NCBI GenBank assembly: GCA_043228905.1
Contig: JBHGNT010000015.1
Location: forward strand, 11,904,001-11,968,000
Direction of reading: 5' to 3'
DNA length: 64,000 nt
From: Azolla caroliniana
Lineage: Eukaryota > Plantae > Polypodiophyta
The notes beneath the pieces were generated by a model. The model made no database searches. It had not been told where the DNA came from and was given only the letters and a program-made list of their open reading frames with translations. Position numbers and translations under genes: made by a program. Shown here one piece after another: positions 13,632 to 25,745 of the stretch (its first letter is position 1; each line of letters begins with the position of its first letter).

Positions 13632-14401
13632 CCTGGCACGCTCGTGGGACAGTGCCTTTGCACGTCAAACCTGAAACTCGCAAAAAGTTGAAAGCAAAAC
13701 ATGCTATGTTACAATCATTCTTCTTCCAAAATGGTGAGGATGTCCTCGCCGTGTGGCTGTGTCAGTGTTGGAAGTGGCTCTTCTTCTAGGAGATCGGTGG
13801 CATGTGACTCGACTGATATATCCAAATGTTGGTCTTGAGTCTCCTTTGTGGATTCTGGAACTGTTGCCTCCAGATGTGCTTTGGTTATCAGTGCATCCAC
13901 TTGCTCGGTTTCTCCTCTTACCCTTGGTTCCTCTTCTTCTTTCGGTGCCTATGAGGCTTTTGCTTCCTTTTCAAGGAGGAGGTGCTCACATTCATAAGCT
14001 TCTGTGTTCAGTCTTAGCAGCATCTGATCGTCATTGAATTCCTCAAGGAGGTGTACGATCGTTGTGGTGTGCGTTTGTGACAAGGCGTGGAATTCCTCGA
14101 TGTGTCATGATATGGCAAGACTCGAACCCATGACCTTAGGTTATATGGGTCGAGCTCTTGACCATTAGACCATCTATTGTAATACTTAGGATATTATTTT
14201 CATTTACATTTTATTATAGGAAATTAGTGTACATTCCAGATTTCTCTGGAACATTCTAGAAGCTTCAGGATTACTCCTGAAAACACTATAAAAGAGGGCA
14301 CTAGGCATTATGTTGAACCAAATTGGTTCAACGCCAGTCTTAAGCCTTTTAGCCACCGTTGTATATTCTCTTCATATAATAAATATCTTTCTTATCATCA
14401 C

Positions 14402-14458
<57 letters not shown>

Positions 14459-14635
14459 GTCTCGCTCACTTCTTCCTTCTCTCGAAGAAGTTCCACACCT
14501 CTCATAGTACTAATCCTTCGTTTAGTACTAATTCCTTCTCTGTCTCAGTACTGTTCATGACAGTTTGAACCAATTTTCCTACCTTCTGTCTCTCTCATTT
14601 CCTACTAATCTTTTATTCCTCTTTTCTTTCATCCC

Positions 14636-15787
14636 ATGGCCACTGTTAGCGCTGAAGAATATCAATCTGTTTTCTCGGAATTTCAATGCTTGAAGGAGAA
14701 GTTCCATGCTTTGGAACAAGAAAACCAACGGTTGCTGGGGAATCTTCAGCAAATCTCCTTAGAAAAGCAGCAAACGCAACAACAACATGGGGAACTTGCG
14801 TTACGCGTGCAACAACTCGAAACCACCATCGTAGCGATGCAACAACACGGGCCCGGAACACAAGGGATTCATAAAGAACCTAAGATTGGCCTTCCCACGA
14901 AGTTCGATGGAACGTGATCGCAGATTAGAGGGTTCCTTAACCAGGTACGATTAGTTATTCAAATGCATCCTTCCCGATATCCCACCGATGCATCACGAGT
15001 GGGTTTAGTAGGCACTTTGTTAAGTGGCTCAGCGTTGTCATGGTTCGCTCCACTATTAGAAAAGGAATCTCCGTTACTCAACAATTTTGAAGAGTTTCTA
15101 GGTGAGTTTAAAGCATGTTTCGGAGATACTGACAGAATCAGGACCGCAATCAACAAAATCCGGCGATTACGCTAAAGTGACCGTCCAGCCTCCGCATACA
15201 CTGCAGATTTCCCCCTACTCGCTACTGACATCCCTTGGGATGATCAAGCGTTGATGGAGCAATTCCGTTATGGTTTACGCAACGACGTCAAGGATTTACT
15301 CTTGACCTTCCCCGAAGAGCCAAAGTCCTTAACAGAAGTAATCAGTCGCGCGGTGAGATGTGACAACCGCCTCTTTGAGCGACGTTCGGAACGACAGCTA
15401 CAGATGCCGAGGGCAAGATCAGAGCCCACCTACGCCTCAGTGGTAGCAAGACCTTTTTCGAGGGAGTCATATAATGCGTCTCCAGCGAATACTCCGACTC
15501 CGATGGAGATTGACACTACACGTCGTCGAGGGCCATTATCCGAAGAAGAAAAGCAGCGATGCCGTACAAATCGACTATGTCTTTACTGCGGTGGACCAGG
15601 ACATATCGCAATAAATTGCCCCCATAGGCCAAGAAGACAGGTAAACCAAATAGTCGCTAGTTCTAATTGTACTAAATCCGAGCCTATTTCAGTAGGGATA
15701 TCTGATAGTCCTAATAGTACTAATATCCCAGATCTAACAAACAAATTTGATGTCCTTAGTCAGTTAGAAGAAGAGTTAAACGACTAA
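14636..15787 (+). pseudogene. gag: gag of family A copy 2, with two premature stops
   Basis: Coiled-coil N-terminus, PTKFDG motif, PTPMEID, CCHC knuckle. Stops at 14915 (TGA) and 15173 (TAA). Confidence 0.9.
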
Positions 15788-18700
15788 GTCCAGCCAAAAT
15801 AGGAGCCGTTTGGTTGGACAGCCCTAGATATGTGCAGCCCATTAGTGGTTCCATTCCCTCTAAGCAAGTTAGTGATGTGTTCGTAGCCCAAGTAATAGTT
15901 AGTACTAAAAGTACCCCTCCAGTACATGTCCTAGCACTCCTAGATTCCGGAGCTAACTCTTGCTTTATGGATAAGAAATTTGCTCAAGCTCATAAGATAT
16001 CCCTAAGAAAACTCCAGTGTCCAGCCTCTGTAATAGTCATTGATGGACGTCCCATTGCTTCCGGAAATATCCTAGAAGAGTCAGAGCCCATTAATATTGT
16101 CCTAGATAACTTAGCATGTGTAGTATCATTTAATATTATTAGTATCCCAGAACATCCTATAGTTTTAGGACTACCGTGGTTCGAGTTACATAACCCTGAC
16201 ATAGATTGGAGAACAAGAGAAATCCGGTGTCGACAAACCCAAGGGTCAACTCAGAAGATGGCAACCATTTCGCTACGTCAGTTGCGTAAAGAAGGGCACA
16301 AGGAGGAAATGTTCCTCTTTGCAATATCAGTAAACCCCTCCAACACCACTAAAGAAGAATCCACCGTTCAACTTCCCAAGAAGTATCGCCATTACACCGA
16401 TGTGTTCGATAAAGTACAAGCCAACACACTTCCTCATCATCGACCGTACGATTGCCCCATCGATTTACAACTGGGAAAAGAGCCGCCATGGGGACTGATC
16501 TACAATTTGTCACCAACCGAGCTGAAAGTCCTTCGGGCCTATATAGAGGAGAATTTGGAAAATGGTTTCATTCGATATTCGAAATCTCCAGCCGGTGCGC
16601 CCATTTTCTTCGTCAAGAAAAAAGATGGATCGCTTCGTCTCGTTGTAGATTACCGTGGCTTGAATAAGGTTACAATCAGGAATAGGTATGCTCTTCCCCT
16701 TATCTCAAGTCTTTTAGAACGGATCAATGGTGCCAGGTTCTTCACGAAGATCGACTTACGGGGAGCATATAACCTCGTACGGATCCGACCAGGAGACGAA
16801 TGGAAGACCGCGTTTCGCACCAGATATGGGCACTTCGAGTATACTGTCATGCCGTTCGTCCTCACTAATGCGCCGGCAGTCTTCCAGCACATGGCTAATG
16901 ATATATTCCGAGATCTATTGGATGATTGTTTGATCATCTATTTGGATGATCTACTGGTTTATTCAAAGACCCAAGAAGAACATGATTCTCATGTACTATT
17001 AGTACTAAAACGACTTCGAGAACATGGTCTGTATGCAAAGCTAGAAAAATGTAGTTTCGGGTGCAACCAAGTGGAATTTCTCGGCTACATCATTTCGTCA
17101 GAAGGCATCTCCATGGACCCAGCTAAGGTCAAAACGGCGGTAGAATGGCAGACTCCGCGTTCGGTACGGGATGTGCAATGCTTCTTAGGCTTTGCCAATT
17201 TTTACCGGAAGTTCATACAAGATTACTCAAAGATCGTTCTACCTCTCACACAGCTTACCAGGAAGGGACAACCGTTCATCTGGTCTGAAGAAACGGACAT
17301 GGCTTTTGAGAGTCTTAAAAAAGCATTTACATCGGTTCCAATTCTAGCTCATGTCGATCCGGAGAAACCATTCATTATTGAAGCTGACGCATCGGATTTT
17401 GCATTGGGGAGCATTCTGTCACAACAGGGGAATGATGAAAAGCTACATCCTGTGGCTTTTCACTCACGCAAGTTTGATGCCGCCGAAATCAACTACGAAA
17501 TCCATGATAAGGAGTTATTGGCAATAGTGGATTCTTTTATGCAATGGAGGCATTTTCTGGAGGGATCCTCTCATCCAGTCACCGTATTTAGTGACCACAA
17601 GAATCTTGCCTACTTTCAGGATGCTCGTGTGTTGAATCGACGTCAAGCTCGGTGGGCCCACATCCTCACGCGTTTCGACTTCAAAATTACATATTGTCCG
17701 GGGAGGCACCAAGGGAAGGCAGATGCATTATCACGGCGTTCGTATCTAGCACCCCGTCCCGGCGAGCCAGCTTTCGATAACCAAAAACAAGTTATCTTGG
17801 GACCGGCACGACTACAAGCAACACAAATCTTTGACATGCCTATGGATTCCCGCGTTATCGATACCATACGTGAAGACTTGAAGACAGATGCATTCGCCCA
17901 AGCTATACTAACACAAATTGATCCCTCTCGAGCGTCGTGTTCACAGTCGCAACCACCAGGTACGGACTATCGGCAATTCAAATACCATGATGGATTACTC
18001 TTCTTTAAAGAACTTTTGTATGTTCCTAATGGTTCTTGCCGCCTTCGAGTAGTACAAAACTGTCATGACACATATACAACTGGGCCTTTTGGTAGTACTA
18101 AAACATTACATTTAGTACAACGATCATTCTGGTGGCCCTGTATGCGACAATTTGTCGAGGATTTTGTTCGGACTTGTGATACATGTTGCAGAGCGAAAAT
18201 GCCAAGGCATCATCCATATGGTTTATTAGAACCATTACCAATTCCAAGCAAGCCGTGGCAATCCATTGCTCTAGACTTCATCACAGATCTTCTAGTCTCT
18301 AAGGGGTTCAATGCGATTCTAACAGTGGTCGATCGATATACGAAGATGGCTCATTTCTTGCCATGTACTAAGGAGATCTCCAGTGAAGACACCGCCGAAA
18401 TTGTCATGCGTGAAGTATGTCGGCATCATGGACTCCCCGATAGTATCATCAGCGACCGTGGACCCCAGTTCGTGTCAAAATTCTAGAAGCACCTTTTTAA
18501 CATGCTCAAGGTCACTTGTAACCTCTCTTCCGGCTACCACCCAGAAACTGACGGCCAAGCTGAACGAATAAATCAAACGTTGGAGCAGTATCTGCGGTGC
18601 TTTCTCAGCTATCATCAGGACGACTGGGCAGATATTCTCCACTTCGCCGAATTTGCCTATAACAACTCTATCCACGCATCCACTAAAGTTACGCCATTTT

Positions 18701-19232
18701 ATGCTTATACAGGATGTCACCCCCGGTGGAGTGTACTTGAAACCCCAGAGGTGTCCACAAATCCGTGCGCGGAGGATCGTTTGGAGCGGTTACGCAAGGT
18801 ACAAGCGGATTTATCTACTCATCTCCAGCAAGCTCAACAAACACACAAGGTCTACGCGGATCGACATCGACTTCCATCTAGTTTTAATATTGGAGATAGG
18901 GTGTGGCTGCTTTGACGACACATCAAGACTCCTCGCCCATGTGAGAAGTTAGATTATCGGCGATTAGGTCCTTTCCGTATTATTGGAAAGATTAATGATG
19001 TTGCTTTTCGTCTCGATCTACCTCCTCAACTTCGGATACATCCGGTGTTTCATAGTTCTCTCTTCGAACCCTACCACGAGAGCACCATCCCAGAACGTCT
19101 TATCCAACCTCCACCCCCGATTGAGCTCGTGCTCTTCTTGAAGACTTCCATCGTCAATATCCACACAAACCGGGTCCTCAATCCAAGACGACTCATGACA
19201 CTCGTCGTTTTAAAGGGGGGATAGTGTCATGA
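15781..19232 (+). pseudogene. pol: pol of family A copy 2 (-1 frame relative to gag); stops in integrase, chromodomain deleted
   Basis: 890-codon open stretch 15814-18486, TAG at 18484, TGA at 18913, ~140 bp deletion near 19128 relative to copy 1. Confidence 0.92.
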
Positions 19233-20012
19233 TATGGCAAGACTCGAACCCATGACCTTAGGTTATATGGGTCGAGCTCTTGACCATTAGACCATCTATT
19301 GTAATACGTAGGATATTATTTTCATTTACATTTTATTATAGGAAAGTAGTGTATATTCCAGATTTCTCTGGAACATTCTAGAAGCTTCAGGATTACTCCT
19401 GAAAACACTATAAAAGAGGGCACTAGGCATTATGTTGAACCAAATTGGTTCAACGCCAGTCTTAAGCCTTTTAGCCACCGTTGTATATTCTCTTCATATA
19501 ATAAATATCTTTCTTATCATCACTCACTCACTCACTCTCTCTCTCTCTATCTCGCTCACTTCTTCCTTCTCTCGAAGAAGTTCCACACCTCTCATAGTAC
19601 TAATCCTTCGTTTAGTACTAATTCCTTCTATGTCTCAGTACCGTTCATGACACGATGAGGTCTTCGCGGAGGATTTGGATGTTGTTTTCGTCCATCTTGT
19701 ACAACCCGCGGCCTTCTTTCTTCCGATTTTCAGCGGCTACTCGGAAGACCTATAATTCAGCTGCTTGAGGCGACCATTCTTTCTGTCATGAACATGACAA
19801 CAATCATGTCATCGTCGTTGAATTCCTCAAGGAGGTGTCCGATTGTTGTGGTGTGCGTTTGTGACAAGGCGTGGAATTCCTTGATGAGGTCTTCACGAAG
19901 GATTTGGATGTTGTTTTCATCCATCTTGTAGAACCCGCGGCCTTCTTTCTTCCGATTTTCAACGTCTACTCAGAAGACCTATAATTCAACTGCTTGAGCC
20001 GACCATTCTTTC

Positions 20013-22103
20013 TGTCATGAACATGACAACAGTCATGTCATGATTCAAACTCTTGACCTATTGTATTTAATCGATATGTTTTAACCAATACATCCAATAC
20101 ATAACCATGTTACCTTACTAGATTATTGTAGATTATCTATTCTACATGTAGGATTTTAGAAGCTTCCAGAAAGCTCAAGAAGCTAGAACATTCTAGAAGC
20201 TTGTGCATGAAAATGAGACTTTGCATGGGGCTACATTTAGAGCCCATAAACATTTATAAATACAGGGGTTCACCTTGGCCTTAGTCAAGGTGAACAACAC
20301 CAGTTACGGAATCATAATTCCTCTTGACTACTTTCTCTCTCTCTTTCTTATTATCTTGTCTATGATCTCTCTCTCACTCTCTTAGTATTGAGCCTCATCT
20401 ACTTGTTCGTGACAGTTTGTTCACCTTCCATCTCCAAAGCCTCATCATGTTAGATTCTACCGAGAACATAAATCAACTATTGGCAGCCATGCATCAACTT
20501 CAACTTGAAAATGAGAATCTTCGGGAATCTCTCTAGAAACTCCAAGCTAGGACTCCAATGGAATTGGAGAATCAAGAACCCAAGTGCCCTCCTACATCAA
20601 GGAATCTCCAATCTGTAGAGCTTGGCCCCTTGTCAATCCTCACTCCAATTCCTCTTCACCCCACTTCAACTATAGAACCCAATGTTAGTTTACCTGACAA
20701 GTTCGATGGCACAAGAGCGTGATTCCGGGGTTCATAAATCAGATCAAGCTTATTATCCAGCTACAACCCCAAAGATATGCGAATGATTTTTGCCGAGTTG
20801 GCCTCGTTGGAACTCTCCTCTCAAGAGCTGCACAAAGTTGGTTTGCACCTTTGGTCGAAACATCATCGCCACTTCTCTACAATTTTCTTGCTTTCCTAGA
20901 AGAGTTCGAGGCGACATTTGGGGATACGGATCGGCATCGAACAAGCCTTACCAAAATCTATTCATTACATCAAGGTAAGCGTCCAGTGTTTGTTTATGCA
21001 TCTGAATTTAGACAATTGGCATGTGATGTTCAGTGGGATGACCAAGCCCTTTGCGACCATTTTCGTCGGGGCCTTCGAAGTGATGTTAAGAATCTACTAG
21101 TAAACTTCCCGGAGCTGACTTCATTATTGCAAGCCATCAAGCAAGCAATCAGTTGTGACAACCACCTTTTGAACTTTGACAAGAGGAATGTGCAACTTCC
21201 AAGTTGTCACCCTTTCTCCACCTTAAACCTATGGTACAACCCCAAGTGACTGCAAGATCTTCTCCAGCGACATCGTTCAATGATCCTATGCCGATGGAAA
21301 TTGATCGAGCTCGAGCCCTACTCACCACAACCGAACGACACCATCGACGAACCAATGGGCTATGTCTATACTGCGGCACCTCTACCCATCTAATTCATTT
21401 TTGCCCACTCAAAAGCAATCTGCGACAAGTCTATTGGGACAATCCAACTAGTGGATCCCAATATTCGGAAAACGACGATGTCCAACTACAGTAGGAGCCA
21501 TGCAGTTGGACAACATACATACATGTTGCTCCCAAAGTTCTACTAACAACTTTTCGTTCGAGGTAACTCTCTGTTTCAAGTCTATTTCAACTCAATCCTT
21601 AGCACTACTCGATTCTGGGGTCACGGCGTGTTTTATGGACGAAACGTTCGTTCATAAACACAACTTTCCGATTGTCCGGTTGTCCACGCTGTTAGGAAAC
21701 AGGTCCCTCCGAATGGGAAGTGAGAAGAACAGTACTGATGAGTAAACTCGGCCGAGGCCAAAACCGAATGTGGACTACCCGGCTACGGAAGACCCGGTGT
21801 GAACCGGATGACAAGTACCTGGCAACGGAAGACCCGGTGAGAACCGGATGTGGAGTACCCGGCAACGGAAGACCCGGTAAGAACCGGATGACATGTGCCC
21901 GGCAAGCGCCGGATGATGCATGCCCGGTGAGGAGTGCTCACCGGATGAAGGGACATATTCGTAAATATGTTTCTGAGAGTCCATTGGGGCTATATTTGTA
22001 AATAGCCGGAAAGTCATATTAGTATAAATATGACTTAGGGCAAACTCTTTTATGTTGTTGTTGTCATTCTTGTTGGTGCAAGACTTGAGAGCGCGTAACA
22101 GTG

Positions 22104-22145
<42 letters not shown>

Positions 22146-25100
22146 GAGGTCGTTGCCTCTGTTGTAACCGCCGCCTGTGGCAAAGATCGTGAGCACAAGG
22201 TCGTTGCCTCCGTGAGCTCACTGTTGTAATCATTGTGATATAGTGATAGTTTGGAGTCTGTGGACTCCCGTGGTTTTTCCCTCTCAGGGTTTTCCACGTT
22301 AAACATCTTGTGTACTCTTCTCTCCTTTGTGTTGTGTTTTTCATTCCCGGTTTTCTGTGTTTGATTCTAAGCTCGGGTACGGCCGAGCGGTGTTCATAGG
22401 AGCGTGTAGTTCCTGTCACAAGCTTATCCCAGTCGAAGCTATCGATGGGCGAATGCTCTCCTCGGGCGCAGTCACCAAAGCCACGGTCCCCTTCATTTTG
22501 CAACTCGGGGCCCATCAGGAGGCCTTATCATTTTACCTCATCACTTCACCGCGGCATCCAATCATACTTGGGTTGTCTTGGTTGAAAGCGAATAACCCTG
22601 TTATAGATTGGCACAACCACTCACTTTTCAACCGCAAACTCACATGGAGGTTGGAGCGGCTTCCAATGTCACTATGTCAGAATGGCCCAAATCGTTTTTT
22701 GTTGAGCACTCTGCCATTCAACTCAGACCAATGCACTCGAATGCTCATGCCCCAGTCACAATGCACTCCATCTCAATGGGCAATGACTCAGAGTCGAGTA
22801 CCCCAGCTTTGGTTCCTATGAAAGCCAATCTGGACTCGCTTCCATTCAAATATGGCGACTTTGTTGATGTGTTCAAGAAGAAGAATGTAGATCACTTACC
22901 AGAGCATCGACCATATGATTATCCGATCGATCTACAAGAGGGCACATCTCCACCCTTTGGGCCCATCTATGGTCTCTCTGAACCAGAACTAGAGGCTCTT
23001 CGCACATATCTCGATGAAAATTTGGAGAAGGGCTTCATCCAACCGTCTAAGTCACCAACTGGGGCCCCCATCTTGTTTGTGAAGAAAAAGGATGGATCGT
23101 TGCGTCTATGTGTGGATTACCGTGGCCTCAATAAAATCACGGTACGTAGTTGATACCCTTTACCTCTCATCCTAGAGCTCCTCGATCGCCTTTGTTGTGC
23201 ACAGGTCTTCCCCAAGTTTGACTTGCGGGGAGCATACAACTTGGTTCAAATTAAACCTGGTGATGAATGGAAGAAGGCATTTCATACGCGATACGGACAC
23301 TTCGAGTACAAGGTAATGCATTTTGGACTCACCAATGCTCCAGCTATTTTTCAACATATGATGAACGACATATTTCGAGAATATCTCGATCACTTTGTCT
23401 TTATCTACCTTGATGACATTCTTGCCTTCTCGTCGAGCATTGAAGAGCATACTCACCACGTTCGATTGATTCTCTCAAAATTCGGGGAGCATGGCCTCTA
23501 TGCCAAGAGAGAAAAATGTGAGTTTGATTTCAATTCCATAGAATTTCTTGGTTATGTTATCTCCCCCCAGGGCATCACCATGTATCCAAGGAAAATTCAC
23601 AGCTCCAGAAATCAACTATGTTATCTACAACAAGGAGCTCTCGAAGTGGAGACCTTACTTGGTTAGGGCGCAACATCGGGTTCAGGTATTAACAGATCAT
23701 TAAAATTTATTGTATTTCTCAACAACCCATACTTTGAATCGGTGGCATGCCCGTTGGTCAACTTTCTTAGCCGACTATGACTTTGAAATTGTCTTTCGGC
23801 GGGGGGCACAAAACATGAAGGCTGATGCTCTTTCACGACGGTCGGATTTTTAGTTGAGCCTAAGGGATGATGTTTATGCTCAACAATCTCAATGTTTTCT
23901 TAAACTAGATCAATTTCAGCTCTTCGCCACATGCATGCTCCATGACAACTCTTTGCTTGAGGAGATAGCCAAAGCACTTCCCACCGACAAATTCGCCAAA
24001 GTAATTCAGGAAGGTCTTATTGATCCGTCTAAATCCAAGACCAAGGAAGACCTTGACCGCTTCAGATTCGAGGGGGGATTGCTTTACCGAGACCAACTCT
24101 TATATGTTCCAGAGGGCCAATGTCGAACTCAAGTTCTCCAAAAGTGTCATGATGACCCCTTGGCCGGTCATTTTGGCGTTACAACGACACTCAAATTAAT
24201 CTCACGAGGATATCGGTGGCCTCAACCATGGAAGTTTGTCAAGGAATTCATCAAGACATGTGATACTTGTGCTAGATCCAAAGTCGTCCACCATAGGCCA
24301 TATGGGTTGCTCCAACCACTTCTCATTCCCAATCGGCCTTGGGCATCAATTTCCATGGATTTCATTACTAACTTGCCTTTTGTCCACGGATATGTCACAC
24401 TGCTCGTCATAGTAGATCGGTTTACAAAGATGGATCATTTTGCCCCTTGTGCAAAGACTATTTCAGTAGAAGCAGCAATCGATCTATTTTTAAAGAATGT
24501 GGTGCGTCTTCATGGGTTCCCGGATGATGTCACCTCAGATCGCGGACCCCAATTTGTCTCTCGTTTTTGGCGGCGATTCCTTCAAACATTGGGCACAACA
24601 GTGAATTTGTCTTCGTCCTATCATCCTCAAACCGATGCCCAAACGGAGTGGGTGAACCAAATTCTTTAGCAATACCTTCGATGCTCGCTTAGCTACTAGC
24701 AAGATGATTGGGTTGACCTCCTACCCTTCGCAGAGTTCACATATAATAATACGCTACATGGTTCAACTAGGGTCACCCCATTTTTCGCCAACTATGGTTT
24801 CCATCCTCGCTTCAGTATTTCCATCCCTAGCAACTCTGTCAACCCGTCAGCGGAAGGACGTGCTCGTATTTTCGCCGACATTCATCAAGACCTCTCCCTC
24901 GAACTCATCCTTGCAAGGGACCGGTATAAAGCGCAAGTTGATCAACGTCGTTCCGCTACACCCGCCTTTGCAGTTATTGATCAAGTTTGGCTCTTACGTC
25001 ACCATGTCGATACTACTCGACCTTGCGGAAAGTTGGATTACAAGAAGTTGGGGCCTTTCCGCATCATTGAGTGTGTCAATCCCGTCACTTTCTGGCGGGA

Positions 25101-25740
25101 ACTTCCTCCACATTTCAGTATTCATAATGTCTTCCATGCCTCTCTTCTCGAACCTTATCATCCATCCACTATTCCTAGAAGACACTCTCCACCTCCACCT
25201 CCAATTGAGCTTTCCACATGTGAAGAGTATGAGGTGGAACACTTGGAGAATGCACCGGATGTTGTTCATGCATTTCATCACCAATATCCACAAAAACCGA
25301 GGAGGCATCTTCGGAGGCGGCCTTAGCAGGGGAATAATGTCATGGACATTATGTCATGCTTCGAACTCTTGACCTATTATATTTAATCGATATGTTTTAA
25401 CCAATACATCCAATACATAATCATGTTACTTTACTAGATTATTGTAGATTATCTATTCTACATGTAGGATTTTAGAAGCTTCCAGAAAGCTCCAGAAGCT
25501 AGAACATTCTAGAAGCTTGTGCATGAAAATGAGACTTTGCATTGGGCTACATTTAGAGCCCATAAACATGTATAAATACAGGGGTTCACCTTAGCCTTAG
25601 TCAAGGTGAACAACACCAGTTACGGAATCATAATTCAGTTCATGTTCTCTTGACTACTTTCTCTCTCTCTTTCTTATTATCTTGTCTATGATCTCTCTCT
25701 CGCTCTCTTAGTATTGAGCCTCGTCTACTTGTTTGTGACA
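20013..25740 (+). mobile_element. Tcn1-like chromovirus, family B, degraded full-length copy
   Basis: LTRs 20013-20414 and 25338-25740, TSD CTTTC (20008-20012 / 25741-25745). gag ~20447-21494 and fragmented pol to ~25326, homologous to family A. Confidence 0.93.
21690..22418 (+). mobile_element. Solo LTR of a copia family related to element C, inserted in the family B protease
   Basis: TG...CA termini, TSD CACGC/CAAGC, similar to 32866-33368, internal 40 bp tandem repeats at 21787-21895. Removing it restores LSTLIPVEAIDGR. Confidence 0.85.
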
Positions 25741-25745
25741 CTTTC

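Larger units (their letters stand above)
14103..19652 (+). mobile_element. Full-length Tcn1-like chromovirus, family A copy 2
   Basis: LTRs 14103-14562 and 19225-19652 differ by about 5-6 substitutions plus (CT)n length. TSD CGATG at 14098-14102 and 19653-19657. PPT AAAGGGGGGATAG. Confidence 0.97.

Noticed and set aside
13322-13789. Hydrophobic ORF (also 54443-55018) as a membrane or env-like protein
   Set aside because: Lies antisense within the X LTR and fuses to unrelated flanks in each copy, and pyrimidine-rich sequence explains the hydrophobicity.
14113-14175. Calling the A/B-box modules true tRNA genes
   Set aside because: Acceptor, anticodon and T stems do not pair properly, and only the boxes and spacing are tRNA-like.
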